Assembly: GCF_032062105.1 (NCBI RefSeq)
Contig: NW_026928083.1
Coordinates: forward strand, 62,001 to 126,000
Source: Saccostrea cucullata
Taxonomy: Eukaryota
DNA: 64,000 bases
Direction: 5' to 3'
The position numbers and the translations under genes are program-made. The notes under the pieces are model-generated. The model was not told where the DNA came from. It ran no database searches and saw only the letters and a program-made list of their open reading frames with translations. Each line of letters begins with the position of its first letter. Position 1 is the stretch's first letter. Shown in pieces: positions 26,896 to 39,500 of the stretch.

Positions 26896-27569
26896 TAGAA
26901 CTTTGTAGTTTAATTTACATCGATATCTTTTTCAAGAACAATATGAAACAGATGTGTCAAATTTAGCTTATATAATTATGCTCGCTCCTTTCAATAAAAA
27001 CGTCTGAAGGTCTATGGGTTTTTAATTTATTTTTTTTTTTTTTTGCTTACGACGGCCTTTTTGGTAGTTGAAAATGGCACAACTGAAAATATATAAATGT
27101 GCCCTCATACTGAATTTGCTTCATACTGGCAAACATCTTGCTCAAATTTGAACTCCTTAAGAAGAAGATATCCATATAAAGATAAACAAATACAGCAAAA
27201 CTCGGTTATAACGAAGTCACGGGGACCTATGAAATTACTTCGCTATATCCGTAATTCGTTATAACTCGTTATTTTCTACAAAAAAAAAATTTACGTATCA
27301 TCATTTATTTATGAATTATTTGGAATCATTTAGACTTGCTCAAGTCTCTCTGTTTTAGTACTCTCTTTCATACTTTTTGATAATGTCAAACATAGAGAAA
27401 TTTCACCGACCAGAATACGGTCGGTAACGGGATCATATTACAGCACTGCAGTGTGCTGCCAGAGAATCGCTGATAAGTTGACAGGTGATGAATGGTTATG
27501 GGGGATTTCCTAAATGTTACAAAGTTGTACAAATTTTACACACATTTTTGTTAATCTTCTCTAAGTAAA

Positions 27570-29251
27570 ATGAACACAGAAAAAATATCTCAAGCAATAT
27601 CTGATGGATTAAAACAATTGTCTATAAGTGAATTAAAACTAAACCAGAAGAAAGTTATAGAAGCATATTTGAAGAAAAAGGATGTTTTCTTCTGTTCACC
27701 TACTGGAAGTGGTAAATCATTAACATTTGAGCTGGCGCCGTTTTTGTTCAAAGCATTATAAGTTCAGCTCATGATAAAACAATTGTGTTGGTCATTTCCC
27801 CTCTGACCTCTCTTATAAGAAGTCAGGTAGATGCATTGCAAAAGAAAGGACTTAGTGCACATCACCTTAGTGAATTAGGCGGAGAGTTTGCTGATCCTAC
27901 AATTATCTTTGCAAGTCCAGAATCGATATTGGGAACACAAAGAAAAATTACAGAGGATTTGGCAAAAAGAAACTTTATTAAAGCTATTTTTGTGGATGAA
28001 GCTCATTGCATTAAGAAATTGTAAGTACAGAATCTTTATATGGATACTTCTAAATGATAGTAGAAAAAAATATTAAAAATTGTGAATTATCATAACAGCT
28101 CTCCTCTTATTTTGTATGTCAGTTAAAAAAATCAATTCCTTAACTCCCAAATCACAAACACACCTCACAAACACAATGACATACATGTGAAATAAAACAA
28201 TATCTTTTGTTTTTCATGCAGTGGTGAAGATAAAAAGAAAAAACCAGCATACCGTCCATTTTATGGAAAACTTGGAGAAATAAGATCTCTCACAGGAGAA
28301 AATGTTCCAGTGATAGCATTAACAGCAACAGCTACCATTAAAACAAAGGATCACATCTATAAAAGTTTATCAATGAATAAAGTTGAAGAAATAATTGTCA
28401 GTCCAAACAAGCTGAATATTACATATTGGTGCATCAAGTTATAGCTCAGTAGCATAAGGAAAAATTTTAGATGGCTTGTTGAAGAGCTAAAAGCAAACAA
28501 AGAAAATACAACAAGAATGATCATATTTTTTAGGCAAATTAAGCATATATCAGAAGTTTATGAGCACCTGGAGGAATCACTAGGCAAGGCATCATATGTC
28601 AATTATCAGGAAGATGGCCCTAATGACGACCGTAATAGGCTCTTTGATATGTATCATCTAAAAACAGATGATGATGTAAAGGAATCTATCTGTTCATCAT
28701 ATCAGGATCCGACTGGTAATATTCGGGTAGTTCTTTGTTCAACATCCTTTAGCATGGGCCTGGATGTGAAGGCAGTTGACACAGTTGTTCATTATGGTCC
28801 TGCCAATGATATTGATGACTACCTTCAGGAGACTGGACGTGCTGGTAGAGATCCACTTATTCAAAGTCATGCAATACTCCTGTTGTATAAAAGATCCTTG
28901 GGTAGTCGTAATATAACTCCTCAAATGAAGGAATACACAAAGTCCAATCTGTGTCGAAGACAGTGTTTGTTAAAAATGTTTGAAAATAAACCAGAACCAA
29001 TATCTCCGATGCATAACTGCTGTGATAACTGCAGGAAAAACTGTTCATGTTCATGCAAATGCTCAGATGAATGTTCATGTGAGGAACCATGTAACAGTGT
29101 TAAATCTAAAATATTTGAACGAATTCTTTTGACGAATGAAGAGGACTCAGACGATAGTCAGACATCAGATGAAGGATTATCTGATGACAGTGAATTCATT
29201 AGATATTTGTCCACAAAACCAGTTCTAAACTACTCATCTGATGAAGACTGA
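27570..29251 (+). pseudogene. AcademH RecQ-like SF2 helicase (intron 28021-28221; frameshift ~27757; premature TAG 28442-28444)
   Basis: PTGSGKS (motif I), VISPLTSL, VDEAH (II), ALTATA (III), SFSMGLD (V), QETGRAGRD (VI), RecQ Zn-binding CRR..CCDNC. Confidence 0.88.
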
Positions 29252-29268
29252 TGCATTTTAACAACATA

Positions 29269-29350
29269 TTATCCATAAAAATGTTTCCTGTTATAATCTG
29301 AAAGCGAACCTGAAATCCAGTTGCGCACATCATCCATATCTAGTTGGAAA
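29269..29350 (-). pseudogene. Orphaned 3' end of the Academ transposase (FQLDMDDVRNWISGSLSDYNRKHFYG*)
   Basis: Removing the LINE and one TSD restores an open frame ...SKNPL-FQLD...FYG-TAA, ending 17 bp from the helicase stop. Confidence 0.85.
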
Positions 29351-29362
29351 AGGGGATTTTTT

Positions 29363-32300
29363 TTTTTTTTTTTTTTTTTTTGTAATAAGATTTTATTCAG
29401 TATTTTTTATAAATAACAACAATACATAAACAAAAATAATGATAGAGAAACATGAAAATCTATATGTTGTTAAATACATCAATTGTTTACATATTTATGC
29501 CAAGTTATTACAAAAATAAAGAGTAAATCCGATGTGTTCTCGATTATAGCATTTTTTTTATAGTGCATATACATATAATGGAATCATGTTTTTTTAAAGA
29601 CAAAGTGTTGCAGAGTATAAATATACAAAATATATACTGAAACAGAGTTGAACTAGAAATTATGGTCCACCGGGGTCCTAAAACCACAAAAAGTCCAAAC
29701 ACTCCCCAGTGGACGATGCTACTTGAGACTGTTCTCTCGAAGTAGCTGCCTAATTAAAAAAAAAAAAAACATGTATACATCATATTCTTAATGTTTCTGC
29801 AAATTTTGAAAAAATATGTTTATCACAATTCATAAGACGTAATACAGAAGAATATTGAATAAGTGCATTTTTGACATATTTTAACAAATCTATTTCAGTT
29901 TCTTTCAGAGATTCAATTCTACAGTACATTTTGTATTTATATATTTTATACGCTATAAAAGATATTAATAAATTCAAAGATTCAACCTTATCGTTCTTTT
30001 CTAGATAAAAGCCAAGAACGATGTGTTTCCATTTTATATCCATAGTTAAAAAAGTTCCTAATTTTTTCCAAATCTTTTCAACTATTTTACATTCAAAAAG
30101 TAAATGTTTTGTGGTTTCAGTTGTTTTGCATAAAGTACAGTTGTCCCCCTTGTCCTTTATCCATTTACTTAAATAGGTATTGTTGCAGAGAATATTATGA
30201 AGCATTTTATAATTAAATTCAGCGACTTTGTTGTCATTTATATCTTTGATTTTTCTCATGTATATATTTTGCCATAGATTTGAGTCGTTTACAGGAATTG
30301 AAAACTCTTGAGAAAGTTTAATTTGATAACACGGTTTAACGAATTTTTTATGTATCAAAATTTTATAAAAAAATTGGCATTTCTTACCATTTAGATTTGA
30401 ATCCCCTGTTGCAAAATGAAATCTCATTTCATTCTTTATGTTTAAATATTTGGCATTAGATAAGTCACATTTTTTACACAATGGTTTAATTGCTGATAAT
30501 AAAGTTTTATATTCACAAAGCCAGTTCGACTTTCTTTTAATAACAGTGGAAAGCATTTGTAGTGTTTTTATGTTTCCGTTATCATCTATTAAATCTTTTA
30601 AATAGAGAATATTACTGTTGACCCAGTTGTTGAAAAATAATGTTTCTCCTTTTATTTTGATATTATTGTTATTCCAAATGGGTTGTTTTAAAATATCATT
30701 AGGTGACGTATTTTCGAAGTTACACATTTTTTTACATTCGTTAAATGAGATTAGAATTTGTTTGTAGAAAAGCGGAAGCTTGCCTATTCTGTCAAGCGCT
30801 TTTAAACTAGTTTCTGAAAATTGTAAGACGTAATTCAGATTTAAATTCGATTTTTTCAAAAAACTCTCAAAGATTTCAAATACAGTGCCCTTAGAAGATA
30901 TCAGTCGCGGTATCCACGCTGCTTTCAGAGCCTTGAACTTGCATTCAATATCTGTAATTGATAAACCTCCGTCAGTTAAATCGCCGATCAGTGTATTTCG
31001 TTTGATTCTTTCCGATTTGTCCCATAAGAAATTAAACAAAAGTCTTTGGACCTTACAGATATATTTTTTATTTGGTATACACAATATAGATGCAACATAA
31101 ACTAGTTTTGAAATTGCTAATGTTTTGATTATACACGATTTACCAAAAACCGTTAATTTTCTACTCTTCCAAGATTCAAATAACTTTTCAATGTCGTGGT
31201 AGATTTTCATCCAATTTTTATTGTAGCATTCTTCTTTATCGTGTCCTATATAAATACCTAGACATCTTATTGCTTTATTTGTTGCTTTAATACCGTTGAT
31301 TTCATCATACATATCTTTGAGCCCCCCTAACAGGATACATTCCGTCTTGTTTATGTTGATTTTTGATCCGGCGTGATCGCAAAACTCGTTTATAATTTTC
31401 AAACTAAAATCGAGAGATTTCTTGTCATTCAGAGCAACTGTTAGGTCATCTGCATGTTGTATATTAATAATTTCTTTATCATTTATACTAATTCCTGATA
31501 TATTTGGTTCGTTTTTGATTTTTATGGATAAAATTTCAGCTACAAATAAGTATAGTAAAGCTGATATTGGACATCCTTGTCGGATTCCTCTCGTCATATT
31601 ACATGTTTTAGATAACCATCCGTTATTTTTCATTTTGAATTTAGGGTTTTTATATAATATCTCTACCCATGTAATAAATTGATCGCGAAAGCTTTTTCAA
31701 AGTCGAGAAATAATAATATGCCGTCTCTCTTCTCGGAATTACAATATTCAAAAATATCTAAGATTAGCCGAGCATTTTCACCTATGTATCTGCCTTTAAC
31801 ATAAGCCGTTTGATTTTTATTGATTGTATATGATAATATATTTTGTAACCTTTTAGCTAAAACACAAGCTATGATTTTATAATCAGTGTTTGTTAAGCTA
31901 ATTGGTCTATAATTTTTTAACAATTGTTTTTCGCCTTTCTTGTGTATTAAAGATATCACAGACAACTTTTGAGATTCAGACATTTCTTTTTGTTTAAAGA
32001 TTTCTTTAAGTGCGTCATAAAAAATGGGCCCTATAATGTTCCAAAAACATTGGTAGAATTCACATGGTATACCATCTAAGCCAGGAGACTTTTCTCCTTT
32101 CATTTCAAGTACGGCATTTTTGCATTCATCAAGTGTAGGGAATTCATCTAACATTAATTTGTCCTTCTCGTTCAGCATTGGTACTTCAATATTGCTTAGA
32201 TAACTCGAAATCTTAGCGGTTGGAATATTTGTAGTTTTAAACAGATTCGTATAATAATTATTCATTTCTCCGATTAATGAATTTGTAGTGTTTATTAAAT

Positions 32301-33743
32301 CGCCAGTAGGCGTTTTAAGTTCTTTAATTACATTAGACGTTTGATTTTGTTTTTCAAGATTTAAAAAATATTTTGTATTTTTTTCGCCGCTCTCTATCCA
32401 TTTTGCTTTTGATCTTATTTGTGCCCCTTTTATTTTTTTGTCATTAAGTTCATTTAAATTTGTGTATAGTGCCTTAAGTTTTCTATTATTTATATTGTTA
32501 CACTGGCTATTTTCCATATTTTCTATCTCTTTTTCAATAAGGGCTATTTTTCCTCTCATATTCTTTCGTTTATTTTTTGCGAAAAATATTGAAAATTCTT
32601 TAACTTTACGTTTAAAAAGTTCCCATTTGTCGATCGGATTTTGTACATTATCTACTTCATTAACTAAATTTGCAATATTTTCCTTGTATTCCTTATTCTC
32701 TAAATATGAAACATTTAATTTCCAATAATTCGGACCTCTTGAATTTTTAGAGATACTAAAATACATTTTTAAATATCTATGATCACTCATTCTTGTGCCT
32801 CGGGAATGAGTACCTGGTAACTTTCTCACTATAATTTTACCTACTTGAAAACAGAAATTATTATTCATAAAAATATAGTCTATTCTACTAAAAGGGATAT
32901 CTTGGGCATTACACCACGTTTCGCCTTTCAAATCAGGGTGTTCTCTATTCCAGACATCTACCATATCAAGCTGCTTTAATAGGTTAATCAGATAATTTTT
33001 ACTTTTGTCTTGTTTGTCATTGAGTCGACAATTAAAATCTCCACATAGAATTACGTTTTCATTTAAACAATTTTTGGTAATAAATGTATGCACTCTTTTG
33101 AAAAAATCAACTCTTTTGTTGATGTCGTTAGGTGCGTATATATTTACAATTGTAAAAATTTCATTATCATATTCAACATTTAACAACATTTTTCTACCAT
33201 CAATTGATTTTTTCACATTCAGTATTTCGATACTTAAATTCTTCTTAAAAAATATTGAAACGCCTTTACTATGTGACGAATCGCTGTATGAATGAAAACT
33301 TTTCCCATGCCATCCGGCATTATATTTATGTTCATTTTTTTCAATAAAATGTGTCTCTTGTAATAAAATAACATCACATTGAGATAATTTAAGCCATTCA
33401 TATAATTTTTGACGTTTTTCATCAGAATTAAGCCCCCTTACATTAACTGATATAATCTGTAGTTTGTCCATAGTATCGATGTTCTAGGTTAATGAAATAT
33501 AATATGGTAGTAAAATATTTAAGTATAAACATACCGGCATCATAGTCATGAGTTTGAATTCAAAAGAAGCAGTCTATTGGAGCATTACGTTTCCTCTTCT
33601 CCGTCCGTCTCGGATGAGATATCACTTCCGGATGCAGAATCGTGTTCCTGCTGACGGGCGCGCATTTCACTAATCATCACTGATATGTCGCGCTGTTTGC
33701 TGCTCTGTTTTGAGTTTTGCTTCTGTTGAGGACTGCTCCATTG
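29363..33743 (-). mobile_element. 5'-truncated Tx1/L1-clade non-LTR retrotransposon nested in the Academ transposase
   Basis: Poly(A) tail (T-run 29357-29381) with AATAAA just upstream. ~12-bp TSD AGGGGATTTTTT (29351-29362, 33744-33755). ORF1 C-terminal remnant 33743-33585; ORF2 with APE and RT. Confidence 0.92.
29780..33471 (-). pseudogene. Tx1 ORF2 (APE endonuclease - RT - zf-RVT), broken by a deletion/frameshift at ~31686
   Basis: NVRGL, LQETH, NIYAPN, GDFN, RIDY, SDH; KSPGLDG, YRPISL, LDFEKAF, GIRQGCPIS, QHADDL; CTLC..ETTKHLLFEC. Confidence 0.9.
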
Positions 33744-36700
33744 AGGGGATTTTTTGACTTTTGGAATGAAGGATCATGTTGTCTTCCAGGTATAATGGAA
33801 AAGAGGTCAAGTTTTTGATACTGTTTAACTAATTTCAAAATATCCTCAGTGAAATCTGCTGCTGTGTGTTTAGATGTTGCTTTTTTCACATGACAGTTTG
33901 TATCAAAGCATAGTACAACAGATTGTAATGAAAGTGCACTTCGGCTTACTCTGGACACTGTTTTCTCTGTAAAAGTACCCCTGAAACTATGTGCTTCATC
34001 CTTGAAAACCTTGTTGCAGTGTTCTATGTCTAGATCATTTGGATGATTTGAATCGAAATCTCCTCGGTGATTGACAGTTCGATTCCATATCAATCTGTGT
34101 GCCATCCTTTCCGTCAAAAGCACGTTTGTCTGAGCTATTGTCTCTAATAGCCCATAAGCATACTTCGGACAGTTGCAAGCTTTGTAAAACAGGACAAGAA
34201 ACTGATTAATTCGCATTATACGCTCACCATCTCCCATACGAATGGCATCGTTGTGGTTCATTCTAAGTAGCCCCAAATTCAACATTAATCGTGTATAGTT
34301 GAATACTCCATCATCTGAGGTCTCTGTCGTAATTTCTGTAATATTAGCATCTCCATACAATGGATCTGGATGACCATGAACATTCGCCTCATGCTTTCGC
34401 AGAGATTTCGGGCGCTTATATTCCTTATTGCAGTAACGACAGATCAAAGATAATGATTGGGGACCATGCTCTGGCAAAAGTGGTGTGTCAGGAACACAGA
34501 ACTGCTTAGCAAATTCAGATGCATGGTCTAAAAGATATTCACACATCTCTTTCTTGTTGCCAATAGCACCGCTATACATATTTTTGGTTGGGACCGTGTT
34601 CAAGGTGTCCATTCCAAAGTATTCAAGACCTCCAGTAACTATGTAGGCTAATGTGACTTTTTCTACCAGGTCAGAACAAGCATAAAAGTCTTGAGACGAA
34701 TGTTGAGTGACATTCCTCGAGTTCAAAGTATTTCTTGCAGCATACAAAGTTCCTTGGTTGCGGGCAGAACTGGTGTTATAAAGTAGTGTCCATATTACCT
34801 AATTAAAAATAATACAATGCATTTAATAATAAATAATATATTAATATATATGTCATACTTTTAATGTCTATTAAACAAAATAAATGTACAAGATATGGGA
34901 TGAAACTGAATTTTACCTTTAGCAATTCAGCTTGGTTATGAAACTCTTCCATTTTTGGAATTAGGCCCTGCAAACGCTTAGACGGGGTACGGCCATTTCG
35001 TTTTGACGATTGGGCTTGCTTGTGGCGCTCAAATGTGAGGTAGTCACCCCCACTTAATACTTTGTCAGGTTTCTTCTGCCAGTTATCAATTGTTTCATGC
35101 CCAGGAACAAAAGTGTGTAGAAATTCACAAATATCTGTCATATCTTCATTGTACTGCTCACATTTCATAAGTACTCCCAGGTTGATCTGGAAAATATATG
35201 GTTCATTGCACACTATTAAAATTTTTTCTATGCTGAAATTTTATTTTAATACAATTTTATCTTGAGAGAAAATATATTTCTTTGAAATTATTTATCTTTT
35301 TCCCCATGTAAGTAATAAAATTGCTAAAAGAAAATGTAGAAAAAGTCTACTTGCCCTGTTGGTTCGAGTTTTCATTTCTTTGAGATACTCATGACTGATG
35401 TATTTTTGCAGAACATTAATGTATGGCAAAAAATGAGGAATGTACTTTGACCATTGCTGTGCCACTAAGAAAGCTGCTTCAGATAAAAAACATTTTTTCT
35501 CATGTTCACCCGGTATGAAGTTCTTGAAATTGTATGTGTCAATGTTGGTCTTGGGTCCACTGTTATCGATATGGTTTCCAGAAACTCGATTTTCATAGGC
35601 ACAAATCTGGAACATGTGCTGATCTTTGTTTTGGTTGGTAATGGTCATATTCCTAACTTTTGTTCTCAGATCTACATTGTCACCAACAAAATAGTATCCT
35701 GGGTGCATAATTTTTCGATGTTGCTGTAGATCTTGTCTGCTGTAGATAATGCAAGTGTGAACTCAGGGTCTCTATCAACATCCTGATGTACTCTTACTAA
35801 TTCTTCATAAACATGCACACTGTTCATCAATTGATCTTCAGTTTCTCTATCCTGTTCAACAAAAACTTGCCAACTTCTGATATTTCGATCCCAGTCTGAC
35901 CCATAGCGATCTGCCAATGCTAAAGTTGCTGGATATGACAAGCAATCAAAAGTAGAATTTAACCTTCTAAAAGCTGACTTTTTACAGCCTCCTTTCAGCA
36001 ATATGATGCTATTGATGTGTTGAAAGAGACTAAGCTCTTGATTATGGATACTCAGTAACTTTGATCCCACTGACACAATACCAGGCAGTAAAGCGTCATC
36101 TTTTTTACACTTGTTTCTTGTTTGTGATGGATTTGACACTATTGTTTCCAGGATTTCGAGGAATACTGGGGCTTCTTTCTGCCATTCTTTTAATACTTTT
36201 TCTAAGGAAAATGACTGCACAGCCTGCTTATCTTTTCTTCTAAGCACAGAATTGAAGCCCTTTGAAACAATATTTCTTATTTCTGATTGTAGTATTTGGT
36301 AAATTTTATTTTTTAGACATTCAAGGACATTCGGAATTTGGAAAATTTTTTCTGAAAATTCCTTTATGTTTCCACATTCTAATAACTGGACAAGCTTTGC
36401 ATCACGGTTTTGAGAAGAATCTTTATTTTCCTAAAATAGTTTAAAGAATTAAAATAACAACTTGAGTTAAATTATAAAAAAAATATGAAAAGCACATAAA
36501 ACTTGTTTATGTTCAGATTTTGAATGCCTAGTGGACCCAGTTTTTCAATTTAAAAAATCAATGTTCTGAATGTGTATTGATTATTGTAAGTCTTATAATT
36601 TATTTTAAATTTATAAATAAAAAAAAAACAGACCTTGTAGTCATCAGTCTCAGAGAAAGGTTGAAAATATTGGTCTATATCTTCAGATCCAGTCTGATAT

Positions 36701-37140
36701 TCACCTGGAAACAAATTCCGCTTCTTCACAGATGTTTCTGGCTCTAGTGATGCTAATCTCTTTGATGTTTCCTGTCCATGAGATTCTAAAAGGCTACTGA
36801 TTGTCCGCTCATAATTAGACTTCAGTTTTAAAACAGTTTCATTCACTTTATTAATTTCTCTTGCACATTTGCGGCACACTGTATCTGTATGGGTATCTGG
36901 ATTAATGTCAATGTGCAAGTATTTTTCAATTAATACACAGTATTCTGTTTTAGATGATCCTTGGAATAACTTTCTTCTTAAATTACTATCCTCAGTTTTG
37001 TTTCCACACAATAAACAGATGAATTTCTTTGTTCTTGGTGTATATTTAATAAAACTAAAAAAAGTCGCCAGTTTTAGGAACTGATACCGGGAGTGTAATT
37101 GCCAGCTGAGCAAAAACAATTTAATTTTGTGAAAGGTCAT
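33744..37140 (-). pseudogene. Academ transposase (DUF6589-like DDE), multi-exon, frameshift ~35710, last 27 codons displaced to 29350-29269 by a LINE insertion
   Basis: N-terminal CLLC..CRKC Zn domain; catalytic-type motifs GDNVD, GGDYLT and DLDIEH; internal C2H2 finger CRYC..HEANVH. Introns include an apparent GC-AG (AGG|GCAAGT ~35354). Confidence 0.85.
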
Positions 37141-37479
37141 AAAAATGTCTCGTAGAGAGATACATGATGACAGATGTAATAGTGATGCTGATTAGCCCAG
37201 TGCAGGGTTTACAAGTCTCTATGTTTGATAACATTTAACATTGACAGAGAGCTGGGGACAGCAAAACAAATAAGAAAAAAGAATTTGTAAAACTATTTAT
37301 GAATATTAAACAATAAAAACATAGAGACTTGAGCAAGTCTAGGAATCATTGTCCGGTTTTAATTGTAGACTTGTATCTGATTTTTTTTTTGGTAAATGAC
37401 AATGTAAGATATGAAACGATCATTGCTAACAATTTTGCGTACCTCCCCGTTCCCATTGTCATTTAGCTTTCTGAAAAGA

Positions 37480-39240
37480 TAACATTGTATGTTTGTTTAT
37501 TTTTAGAATCGGGACAAAAAAGTTGCTTTTTCTGAGTCAACAAAGCAGAAGAAAAATATCAGGTAGATTTCATGTACATGTTTTATGATACTTTTTCACC
37601 TAGGTGTATTGCTGCTTTAATAGTTTGCATAATTGTCATGAAATGATATCATGTATGAGTTAGTACACTGTACATGTATCTTAATCACTTGTGGAAAGGC
37701 TCAACAAAACACTCCCTTGACATCATTCTACCGTTAAGCCATAATTTTAAGCCAATTTCTTATTCAAAATTTAAAGGAATGCTTCTCAACTATAAAGAAC
37801 AACCATAAAATAAAATATGAGACTTTCACACTCCTACACAAAATCTGTTATGTATGTTTAGAGTTTCCTGTTGCTGAAAATGACCATTATACTCACCTTC
37901 GGGTAGCACAGGGCGGGAGTTGTGAACTCCATGGTCGATGTTCCTTTTTTCTAAGTCTGCTTTGATAGTTTTCAAAATCCTGTGATTGCTGTCTGTTGAT
38001 CTGAAAAAAAAATTAAAATAAATTTCAGACATCTTTGAATATCACATACTAGAATAATAAGAGATAACTTTATGACTTTTTTTAATTATGAAAACCCTTC
38101 GACAAGAAAGTCCTACAAGAGACTGTTGATGTGTACCACGTCGTGTTGATGTCTTCTAAACCTGAAACATATTTCAATGGAGTAAGGGTAGCCCTTCTAA
38201 TAAATGGGCCCACGTCCCCTCAGATTCTTTTAATATACTGGCTCTTTGTTTCCGTATATAGCCTTTAACATTTTATCAATGTAAAATAGAGCAGGTAGAA
38301 AGAACTTTTCCCTAAATATTCCTTCCCTTTAGGCAGTAAAAGAATAGGGTTGATCCAAAAGTAATGTCACAACTTCGATAATTTGCTACACATTACAGTT
38401 AAGGCACACAATGGACAATAAAATAAGAATAGACAATATTCTGTAATTAAAAATTAATATTTTCATGGTTGGGATAGCAATTATTTAAGTACATTATTTA
38501 TATAGGTTAATTGTAATGAGGGTTTATCACTACATATCGGGGACGATTATGTTTTCGCTTTTTCTGAATGAACAAAGCAGGAGTGAAATGTTTGGGAGAT
38601 TTCATGTACATGTTTTATGATACTTTTCCAACGAATATTGCTGCTGAAATACACATGTAGGTTGAAAGATTATTATGAAGCGATATATATGTATAAGTTA
38701 GTACATGTATCTTATTCACTTGTGAAAGGGCTCAATATAACACACATCAAGAAATCATTTCAGACATCATCTTTGAATATCACATACTAGAATAATGATA
38801 GATAATAGCGTGTGTTCGTTTTTAAATACTATATAGCAATCCTTTAAAACGAATTGATATGAGAGACCTGAACGAGACTGATGTGTCTTGTTGATGTCTT
38901 CTTTTAATCTTTAAAGAATTTCAAGGGAGTACCATAAGCCTTTCGAATAAATTGGTTTGCTTCTTTCAGATGATATTTAAAAAAATTGGCTCTTTGTTTC
39001 CATATTCTTTGAGTTTTTTTCAATGAAAAATAGAGCAGTGAGAATGAACTTTTACTTAAATATTCCCTCCCTTTAGACAGTAAAATGCCAGGGTTGGTCC
39101 AAAAGTAATGTCACAACCTCGATAAAATTGCTACTATTTGACGTATCTATAAAAAGACTAGGAATCCGATACATTTAATGTTGAAACAGTTTTATTTTTA
39201 AGCAAGATATCTAGTTAAAATAACTTTTTGTTATCTTGAA
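37480..39240. repeat. Local diverged tandem duplication (37480-38390 similar to 38545-39135); third partial copy at 44075-44555
   Basis: Shared blocks GATTTCATGTACATGTTTTATGATACTTTT and CAGACATC..TTTGAATATCACATACTAGAATAAT in two copies; TAAATATTCC.TCCCTTTA and CCAAAAGTAAT..CACAAC.TCGATAA in all three. Confidence 0.75.
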
Positions 39241-39500
39241 GAGATATCTTTTTGATAAAGAATTGAAATGTTTGAAGAGTGGATCTAACTATAGTTTTCA
39301 AAAGCAATTATCGACCCAGCATGGGAGATAACTCATCAGCACTTGATGAAGTTTTTTCTACCTCGTAAATTTTGAAATAATATACATGCGGACCAGACTG
39401 GACTCTTTTTTACTAAATCAAAACGGTATCCTTAAAAGTCCTTGACATTTCTTTCTATATTGTGTGCTTGTTCTCTATACATTGGATACATTGTGTACGC

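Larger units (their letters stand above)
27331..37341. mobile_element. Full-length AcademH DNA transposon (helicase-encoding Academ), inactivated
   Basis: 26-bp TIRs TAGACTTGCTCAAGTCTCT(C/A)TGTTTT at both ends. Perfect 9-bp TSD GGAATCATT (27322-27330, 37342-37350). Convergent RecQ-like helicase and Academ transposase genes. Confidence 0.93.

Noticed and set aside
27190-27270. Tc1/pogo-like MITE left end (TACAGCAAAACTCGGTTATAACGAA)
   Set aside because: No matching right end was found on either side of the Academ element; unresolved fragment.
27570-29251. Host RecQ/WRN/BLM DNA repair gene
   Set aside because: It lies within TIRs and a TSD, faces an Academ transposase and lacks winged-helix/HRDC domains.
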